Below, one piece after another: positions 25,312 through 34,211 of a DNA stretch of 64,000 bases; the first letter of the stretch is position 1, and each line of letters starts with the position of its first letter. The notes beneath the pieces are model-generated. The model had not been told where the DNA came from. It ran no database searches and worked only from the letters and a program-made list of their open reading frames with translations. The DNA is from Psilocybe cubensis (Eukaryota): contig CM039003.1 of assembly GCA_017499595.2 (NCBI GenBank), forward strand, positions 2,480,001 through 2,544,000, in the 5' to 3' direction. The position numbers and the translations under genes were made by a program.

Positions 25312-27714
25312 TCAAGGGTCGACGAGCATTTTGTCGGTTAACAGGCCTTCGTTATACGACATACTCTCAAAGATGATCTGCCGCCACACTTGCACAACAA
25401 GTTCAACAGCCTCTTCTTCCAAAACCTATATTATATCATAGAAAAAAAGGGGGTAATTAGGATTATAATTTATCAAAAAAAAAAGAAAAAAAAACTTGAG
25501 AAGAGACGCACCGGCTCGAGGCCCTCGACGAGTTTTTGTGGAGATTTGTGGTCTTTTAGATGTTCGAGGACGAACATGATGAGATCTTCCTCTTCCATCT
25601 CGCCAAGATATTTCACCATCAGACGCTTCACCAAAGGCTCCAACTTTCTATCAATCACCAGCTGTAAAACAAAGTATAAGCCAACAAAACAGAAGCAAGA
25701 AAAAAAAGTTTGACATACATCCGTAAGCCCATCCCACCGAACTTTAGCTTTAAACAAACTCTCCTTATCATGCGGCACAGACTGTCGTATCCTCTCAAGC
25801 CTCTCCCTCGTCTGCTCACTCGACTCCGCCACACTAAAATCAAGCTTCACAAGCGGCGCACGGCGCTTCTTCACCCCATCCTCATCCTCCTCCTCATCCT
25901 GCGCAAACACCGTCGCAGCCTTGGCCTTCTCCTTCGCCGGCTGCTCTCCAGCTTTAGCTTTATCCTTCTCCTTACCGCCGCCAGCGATCGACACGTTCAG
26001 CCGCACAGGCGCGCCGTCGTCCAAGAGCAGCCCCGCCTTCCGCTGCTCCTCCGCCAGCGCCTGCATCTCGTCCATCTGCCTTGCGAGGAAGTCTTCCGAT
26101 TCGCGCCGGAGGTTCTCGGCTTCTTGTTCTTCGAACCGGCGCGACTTTTCGTCGGCGGCTTCTTCGGCTTCGAGACGGCGCTGGCGCGTGTGCCGCCATC
26201 GTACTCTACAAAATCATAACGGTAAGATAAAGAATGTCTGGCTTTGAGAGGGAGAAAGAGGACGTACCGGTCGTTGTAGAACATCTCGTCGCTCTCGTCG
26301 TCGTCCCATGCGTCTAGACTGGCTCTCATCTCGATTCTATTACGTCTCTCCGCCTCAGCCTGCGCACGCTCACGCGCAATCGCACGTTCCAGCGCCGAAA
26401 TGCGCGCTCGTTCTCTAGGCTCATACCGCCGTTCACGCTGCGCACCATCACATCAGCCAAAACAGCACAAAAGTGGACAAAAACAACAGCATACACACAT
26501 CTTTATAGGACAATTCTTCCTCCTGCCTGCGCTGCTCCTTTCTATCCGCCTCGAGCTCCTCGTCCGTCTTCTTAGGTCTCTCATCGTCATATGACAAATG
26601 ATCTTTGCCAGCTTTCCCATCCTCCGCTTTGACGAACCCAACAGGCTTACTGTACCCCTGCGCACCCTTCCCAAACCCCTGCTGCTTCGGCGCAGCCGCA
26701 TCCTGTCCCTGTCCCTGTCCCTGCGGCTTCCCCCACTCACGGACCTTAGGCCCACTCGGCGCCCCCGCCAACGCAGCCATATTCGGTATACTCTCCCTCA
26801 CATCCCGCATCTTCTCCCTCTCCCTCTTCGCCGCGCGCTCGCGGAACTGCGCGATCTCCGAGATAACCAGCCCGCGCTGCGTCTCTGGCAGATCGGCTTC
26901 TTGCAGATCGTGCAGGTGTGGTGGGATGATGTATTTTTCTTTGTCGATTAGGCCGTTGTTGGCGGCGTCTTGTGAGATGCGGTTGATGTCTGCGACGTAT
27001 TCGTCGATTTTGGCTTTGGCTTCTTTTTTGAGGGCTTCTTCGGCCTGTTTGGTTGGTTGGTTAGTTAGTTAGTTTGTGTGTGTGGATGTTGTACGAATGA
27101 ATGGACTTGCATCTGTGTTCATCTGCTGCGAACTGAACGCGTCGAGAAACGCACGAGTTTTTTCATCTGCTTTAACCTATACATATGCAAAAAGTGGGAA
27201 AGGGAAGTGGGGAAAGTAAAAAGAAAAAAAAAAGAAATATGACGTAGGCGCGCAAGTTAAATTTGAGCATGAAGGGAGATGAGACGCACGAGGAGCTTTT
27301 TGTTCGCACAGCCGTCTTCGAGCGCGGGGAGCTCGACGTTGTTGAGCAGTGCGATGGCGCGGAGTGCGCCGGCGGGGTCTTCGAACTCGGCGAAGCCGAA
27401 GCCTTGTGGCTTGTTTGCAGGGGTGATGAGGCGCTTGAAAGACTTGATAGGACCGCATGCCTGGAGTGAGGGTGAGGATGAGTGGGGCCAGATGAGGGGG
27501 AAGAAGAGAAGAAACGCACGGTCAGTAGCTGGTTGAGAAAGGCATCTGTGATGCCACCCGATATGGAGCCGACGAAGAGGGTTGTCTGTTTCTGGATAGG
27601 CGGGGGCTGCATGAACTGCATTTGGTGCTGCTGTGCGAGAGCCGACATTGAGGGGCCTTGGCCGTACGACGGCAAAGGTGGACGCAGACCAAGTCCCAAC
27701 CGATTAGGTTGCAT
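25312..27714 (-). CDS. SNU71: RBM25/Snu71-like U1 snRNP splicing factor (N-terminal RRM, Arg/Glu-rich middle, C-terminal PWI); multi-exon
   Basis: RRM TLFVGSISGGITD...KPQGFGFAEF. PWI-like VPHDKESLF..KVRWD...KLEPLVKRLMVKYLGEMEEEDLI.FVLEHL...VLEEEAVELVVQVWRQIIFE. Last exon ends TGA at 25312. Probable 5'UTR intron at 27725-27792. Confidence 0.88.
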
Positions 27715-27907
27715 TGTATTACTACTAGTCAATGTAAAAGATCGCTTTGGCTATGTAAGTAAAGGGAAAGACATGTTAGCTGACAAGCCTACCTGTGTTG
27801 TATCCTCTCTGGGAGTGAAAAGATGAAGGAGGCAAGAGAGTGGTATGCAAGCTAGTCACAGATCGACAACCTTCCAAAGTTCCTTGGGGCGAGCTTGCTG
27901 AGAATGA

Positions 27908-27915
27908 TTATATAA
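27908..27915. promoter_or_regulatory. Palindromic TATA element TTATATAA in the divergent SNU71/CCDC25 promoter
   Basis: Self-complementary 8-mer reads TATATAA on both strands, between start codons 280 bp apart. Confidence 0.55.
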
Positions 27916-27993
27916 ACAACATCATGTGACCCTCTAATTGGCTGGGACTCGTAATTGGCTTTCTTTCCTTCGTCTCTCAGTGCAGCACATACC

Positions 27994-29151
27994 ATGGTTC
28001 TCTTCTTCAAATCTACAGGTATACCATCCCCTACCCAGTTTCCACAACAAACTCAGCCTTATTTCAGCCGTCAACCCACCAGCGCTCATCTACATGGGCA
28101 AGGACAAGGTGGAAAGTGAGGGGCGCTAGCGTAATCCTACCATCCATCCACACCACTTAAGCACATCCGTCTCGCAGACGAGGAGCTCATCAAGTACGCG
28201 TGGCCCCAGGACATCTGGTTCCACGTCGACAAGCTCTCCTCCGCCCACGTCTACATCCGCATGTCCGAGGGCATGACTTGGGACACCATCCCCCAGGATC
28301 TCCTCACCGATTGCGCCCAGCTCGTAAAAGCAAACTCCATCGAAGGTGTGTGTGTGCTCAGTAAAGAACAATGTGAATGTTTTGATGACCCCTTTGGGAT
28401 GGGATAGGAAATAAGAAGGATAATATCACTGTCATTTTCACACCGGCGGATAACCTCAAGGTTCTTTTTCTCGTCATTTGAAATCATCTATGCGCATTCA
28501 AGCAGGACATGTAGAAAACAGGCGACATGGCCGTCGGCCAAGTCTCATTCCACAACGACAAAAAAGCACGTCAATCCTCTCTACACACTAATCTACATCT
28601 AACACCGTCGAATCCAGGTTAAACGAGGTAATACCCCAAAGCAAACTATCACGATCAAATCCTAAAGACGCATCCCAGTACACGTCGCAACGCGCGAAAA
28701 CGCCATCGTCAACCGCCTGAACAAGACCAAAACCGAGCGGCAAGTCGACCACGAACAGGAGCGCATCGACCGCATCAAAAAGGAAAACGCGATAAAGCGC
28801 GCAGCCGCAGCTGAAAAGGTGCGTTGCGTTCACATTCGCGCCGATTAATCCATTCTATTCTATTCTATCCTACTCTTCCACCCCCTACCCACCCACATAC
28901 TACATACCACATATTCTGCACCCCATATATCACATTCTACATTTAACACTTCACACACAACGCAATCACACAAAACTAACGATACATATACACAAAAATA
29001 CACATAGAAAAAGCAAGACGCAGAGCTCGCCAAAGCGCGCGAAGCAGAAAAACAAGCAAGGTCATACGACTCGCTTTTCAACGTCGAAGAAGACGAGTAC
29101 GAGACGGGGCCAAGGAAGACGGGGAGAGAGCTTGAGGAGGATTTTATGTGA
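27994..29151 (+). CDS. CCDC25: CCDC25/Jlp2-like NFACT-R (DUF814) protein; 8 exons including a 10-nt microexon
   Basis: Spliced product MVLFFKS...[35 protein letters not shown]...[18 protein letters not shown]...[16 protein letters not shown]...[13 protein letters not shown]...LEEDFM-stop. Absent from the ORF track. Confidence 0.93.
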
Positions 29152-29169
29152 TGGTTTGTTTCCATTTTC

Positions 29170-30960
29170 TTCCGTGCTGCGGCTGGCTGCATTGCGTTGC
29201 GTTGGATCGGATTGGAGGGAAGGAGAGGAGAGGAGGAGAGGAGAGGCGGGGTGCAGTGCAGTGGTACAGGTACGCGTTTTATCGTGGTACAGCTTACACA
29301 CGATTTCGTGCGGTACAAATACTGCAAAGTGCAAAGTGCAAAACTGAGAAGTGGAGGATTATTGATCTTATTAGGACGAGGACGAATCTATCTGTTGAAT
29401 TCGGGATGTCAACACTATCAATATCTCAATATCAATGTCAAGGTGTATCAACATTACCATTTGTGTGTGGGGAGCTGAGGAGGTATCCTCTTGTCCTTGT
29501 TCTTGTCTTCTCCTTGGTCCTTGTCTTCTCCTTGGTCATAGTTCTCTTCTATTCGCAGCGCAGGAGCAGGACCAGGATACGAGCCGTGCCATGACTGAGG
29601 AAATCACGACGACACTTGCAGACATGCATCCGGACCCGGACCCGGATCCGCCCATCCATTTCTGAACTTCATCTTGCGCAGACTTATTGCTCTCGGTCCT
29701 CGAGAAGCGCCATGTCCTTGTTTATCAGTATCATCGACCTTGACGGTTGTTCGTGTTCGTGTTCGTGTTCGGGTGGGTTTTGTACATGTGGGCTTTATGG
29801 GGGTTCGGGTTGTAGATTTCGATGTCGATGTTGATGTCGATGTTGATGCTGGATGTGGATGTATGTCAGCGACACAGCAAGGCACTGCACTGCACTGCAA
29901 GGAAAGGCGCAAGGCAAAGAAAAGCAAAGGAAAGGCAAAGAAAAGGAAAGGCAGGCTACGTACGTGGGGTGTGTAACATCGCGTGGATGTATTGTTTTAC
30001 GAATGATGGTCTTGAGGTTGGGTTGGGGTTGGGGTTGGAGGTTGGGGCTGGGCTAGTTGGGTTGGGAATGGTGCTTGTTGGGTTGGGATTGGAGGTTTTG
30101 TGTGTTGAACTTGTTGAGCTGGATGGAGTGGATGGAGAGGGTGAAGTGGGTAGAGTGCTGCTGCTGCTGGTGCTGGTGCTGCTGGTGCTGGTGATGCTGT
30201 TGCTGCTGCTTCCACGCGATTTGACCATACTGCGTATCCTCGGGACTATATGTACCAACAAATGGCAAGGGAAAGGGAGAATGTGACAGCGATAGCGATA
30301 TACAAGCTCAAGACTTGGTCAGACTTCGTCTGTCTCGTTTGCTTTCGCTTGAATCGGGCGTACAACGACGACGACCCTCACTCAGTGCAGTGTGCGCTGA
30401 TATTAAATATATAGTACTGAGTGATACTGGGTATACGTAAACGGCATGCTTCATAATTCATGAATCGTGCATCGTGCATCGTGAGTTATACTTGGGTGCA
30501 CCGCCTTCCGCTTCACGTCGCTTTCGCGCTCAGAGCCTCAGACTGTCATATTCGCGATTCGCGAATCGTGAAGCGGGGATTGTTGATGTCGATGTGAGCC
30601 TGAGCCTGAGCGGGGTTTGACTGCGGTGATCATGGTTCATGCGCCGCAGGCGCAGGCGCAAGCGCTGCGCGTCTCTCTCGGGGTACTTATGGGTATAGTA
30701 TGGATGGATATGTGTGGGTGGCGGAAGCAGTATTGAATAATTGCCGCCGACCCGACTGCGGGCGCTTGTGAGGCTTGTGCTGAAAGCTGTGGTTAGGACG
30801 GGTTTGTATGTAATTGTGAGGTAAGAAGTTCAAATAGCTGTGTTACATTGGGATTTGGGGCATAATGCATAATGACTCGGTCTTTTTCAACTTTGTAGGT
30901 GCTGGTTATTTCCTTTTATAATTTTTTCCCGTTACCACCACCACCACCACGCACCACCAA
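29170..30960. repeat. Dense mosaic of short tandem repeats in intergenic DNA
   Basis: GGAGA, GCAAAGT, CTTGTCTTCTCCTTGGTC x2, CCGGAC, GTTCGT, GATGTY, GCACT, GGGGTT, GCT/GCTGGT, ATCGTGC, TGAGCC, GCGCAG and ACC repeats in succession. Confidence 0.85.
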
Positions 30961-30990
30961 CGACAAAATCCACAAACCCACAAAACAAAA

Positions 30991-31357
30991 TCACTTGAAA
31001 CACTCCCCATTCTCAAAGTTGCCCCTGACGAGCGCGCGACCGCTCACACAAATCTCACCGCACAAATACGCCTTTCCTCCCCTGTTAGCGCAATTATGCG
31101 AGCTGTACCGGCCGATGGATCGGTTGTGGACACAGCTGTAAGGTATAATTATGAAAGTGAAGGGTAATTAATTAGTTTGTGCTCGAGGTTGTATTAAATG
31201 GTATTGGTAAAAGGCTTTTATACCCTTGTTTCATGTGTGTTTTGTTGTTGGTAGCAAGGGTGCCGTTGTTGGCGCAGTTGACGGAGGGGATGGAGGTTGT
31301 GGCTAAGACGACGTTGAGGAATGCCGCGACGAGCGAGAGTGTTGAGAAGAGATGCAT
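30991..31357 (-). CDS. Small secreted six-cysteine protein D (92 aa); 2 exons
   Basis: Exons 31357-31224 and 31135-30991: MHLFSTLSLVAAFLNVVLA-TTSIPSVNCANNGTLATNNKTHMKQG|CVHNRSIGRYSSHNCANRGGKAYLCGEICVSGRALVRGNFENGECFK. Confidence 0.88.
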
Positions 31358-31788
31358 CAAGAGTCGGAGTTAAGTGCAGTGGGGTGGCTGGGAGGTGGTA
31401 ATCAATTAAAGCAGATTATATACCGGCTGTGTAAGATGTCTCCCTACTCACCCGTTCTCTAGTTGATCAAATAAGAGCGGAAGAAGCACTTTTAGATTCA
31501 GTGTACCCTGTCGTCGGTCGCTGAACTTGAACTTTAGAAGCGAATAGTTAAATGCTATCTGACACCCCCGGCGCTTAAATGACTCGAGGTTGAGAAGTAA
31601 TTCATCCATTGAGCGGGCAGCGTCAGAATTGGTCAGGAAGGTATGAAAAAGAGACAGGTGTGTATCAATTTATCGCAGGTAGTAACTAGTAGACATTCAT
31701 GTCAATATATCATGCCAATCCAAAGTTCTCCTCTCCACTGGCTCAGAATACAACAATTTCATTCGAATTTCAATCCATCCGCGAGCGT

Positions 31789-32183
31789 TTAATTGAAACA
31801 TTCCCCGTTCTCGAGACCAACTTGCTTGAGAGTTGATCCGGAGATACACGTCGTGGTATCGCCCTGGACACAGAGATACGCCTTCCCGCCCTTGTTGACG
31901 CAGTTGTGCGAGCTCATCCAGCCTTTCGATTTGCTGCTGACGCATCTGCAAAGTTACAAGCATTAACATTATATCAATACATATCGCTCGCACGGCCTTA
32001 TTAGTATATGTTTTTTTTGGGTTTTGGGTTTTGTAGTACGCACCCTTCTTTCGCGTAGTTTTGGTTTTTGTCACCCATGAGAGCGGCGTTAGAGCAGCTG
32101 CCTACGAACGCAGCCTCGTCAGATGCCACGACGGCGCTGACGAATGCCATTGAAAAGAGAGAAAAGGTAGCGAGGAATTGCAT
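31789..32183 (-). CDS. Small secreted six-cysteine protein E (98 aa); 2 exons
   Basis: Exons 32183-32044 and 31945-31789: MQFLATFSLFSMAFVSAVVA-SDEAAFVGSCSNAALMGDKNQNYAKEG|CVSSKSKGWMSSHNCVNKGGKAYLCVQGDTTTCISGSTLKQVGLENGECFN. Confidence 0.92.
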
Positions 32184-33025
32184 TGTAAATTGAGTACAGG
32201 TGATTGAGGAACTTCGGGCGAAGCTCGTGCACGTTATATATCATGCACAGACTCCCGCCTTTTTAGTTTAGCTCAGCAGACTACCATGAGCCTCCTAGGA
32301 TGCCGCTAAAACTTGCTGACTCGTCCGGTTTTACCGTTGCTTCAACGACATGTTAAAGTCTGCGAAAGGGTTTTACCTGGGGTCTTGTTAATGTAGCTAG
32401 CTTGGATATAATTGGGACAGTAGAACGGCACTTTCAGCCAAAAGAGTGGATTGTATAACGGTATTGCCGTATGTCGTATACCCTTTTTGGAATGAAGGTC
32501 GGCGTTTGCCTTTGGAGGTGTTAAAAGTTTAGATTACTCTCGTGTGGTATGAGAGTGTCAATAGTATATCACTTTGTTAGTAGCTTATGTACTGAAGCTT
32601 GATTCTTTTAACCCTGTTAAGCTTGTGCATAATATAGTCAAGTGTTGGCTGAATTTTTGTGAGAGCTTAATAGGCATCACGATTTAGGCCTGATCGTAAA
32701 GCAATCCCTGAGATATATGCATGAATGTAATTTGACGAGGGAATTTAATATCGTAGTCGACTTACAATAATAGAAACAGGCTGCAAGTTAGAATATAAAA
32801 GGGTGGATCGTTTTTTTATTGGGTTTGCGTACTATTCGTAACTTTACTACACCCTTGCGACGATACTATATATAATTTTCATATTATTTGAAATCCAGAT
32901 TTCAGTCTTTTCAAATTGGTATTAGACTATAACGCAACCGTAAGGGTTAACAGGAATCAAACTAGAGACTAGAGAATGACTTACTGATAGTTCATCACTT
33001 TATCGATTGAAGGCGACCAACTAGC

Positions 33026-33388
33026 CTAAATGAAGCATTCTCCGTTTTCGAGACCAGCGGCAATAAGGTTAGACTTGCCGCTGATACAAGTCGTGGTTGA
33101 GCCCTGGACACAGAGGTAGGCCGACCCACCCTTGTTGGCGCAGTTGTGGGAACTGGCCCAACCTCGAGATCGGCTTTTGACACAGCTAGAAATTTAGGAG
33201 CATAAATGAACATAGTTCATATAGTAATAACATATTGGAAGGTCTTTTCCGCACCCTTGTTTTGCGTAGTTTTGGTTTTTGTCACCGATGAGAGCAACGT
33301 TGGAGCAGCTACCAGCGAAGGGCGCCTCTTCTGAGGCCAGGGCAACGCCGATGAATGCAATGAGCGAGAAAGTTGCGAGGAACTGCAT
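33026..33388 (-). CDS. Small secreted six-cysteine protein F (97 aa); 2 exons
   Basis: Exons 33388-33255 and 33185-33026: MQFLATFSLIAFIGVALA-SEEAPFAGSCSNVALIGDKNQNYAKQG|CVKSRSRGWASSHNCANKGGSAYLCVQGSTTTCISGKSNLIAAGLENGECFI. Confidence 0.92.
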
Positions 33389-34211
33389 TGTGGAATGGGT
33401 ACAAGCGATCAATGGGCTTCGTTTTCAGTCTTTAGTTGGGATGAAGGAAAGATGAAGCTTCAGCATATTATATATCATGCACAGGACCCGCTTTTTTAAC
33501 CCAAGTGGAACCCTTGCTATACTAAACTTGATGGTGAAATGCGGCGGCGCTTTTTAGTCCCAACAGACTCCCCTCGGGGGCATGCTAGAAGAAAGGAACC
33601 GTTTTGAACGTCGCTCCAACAACATCTTTGTCATCTCGATGACCGTGTGTACTTCATCAGTCGAGTGTCGAAAGTTGAAAAGGTGGTTGAGGTGCTTCAA
33701 GTTGGAAATGAGACTACGGATACATTGGCACCTGGACCTGTTTGCTGATGGGACTTGTGATCACTGGCTCTAAATCAGACTGTAGCATTTTAGAGTGTCG
33801 CTGGATTTGGTTCATGTTGTGGGGGCCGAAGATCAAAAGCAAGACCGGCGCCTAGACCAAGTCTGACAAAGTTAAAAGAAGAACCGTGGCACCTTCAATG
33901 AGCCTAATATGCGGAGAATGACGGAGTCTGAATCTCATTTGGAAGGTTGGGTACGAAGGAGAGGCAGAACGTTGTTCATCAAGTTGTACCGCCTGCGCAT
34001 GCAGAGGCATCGTTGTAGCTGGATAGTGGTCAAGTGTTGTACCGCTTGAGCACAGCCTTACGAGGGACTGGGCGCTTGAATTTTGAAACGTGACTTCTAG
34101 CATATTCCAGTTAAGTCCTTATCGGGGATAAGCAAGTGACAACACAGGAAGATACCGGCCATAAGACTTCCACAATGGACTTGCTCTTTCTACCACAACC
34201 ACCTTCAAAGG

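Noticed and set aside
30020-30047. Telomere-like GGGGTT repeats
   Set aside because: Only 2-3 units, and not the TTAGGG repeat typical of most basidiomycete telomeres; kept only as a G4 candidate.
29604-30286. ORFs with poly-VD, poly-RT, poly-Q/H or Ser/Thr/Pro/Asn tracts
   Set aside because: They are translations of simple repeats that are open in several frames, with no splice or family support.
32266-32345. tRNA-like start TAGCTCAG
   Set aside because: No GTTC T-loop or cloverleaf pairing downstream.
30991-33388. Six-Cys trio as hydrophobins, CS-alpha-beta defensins, pheromone precursors or RiPP (MSDIN/KEP) precursors
   Set aside because: No CC pairs or 8-Cys pattern, no CxxxC/CxC, no CaaX end, no KR-delimited repeats or MSDIN leader, and no tailoring enzyme nearby.
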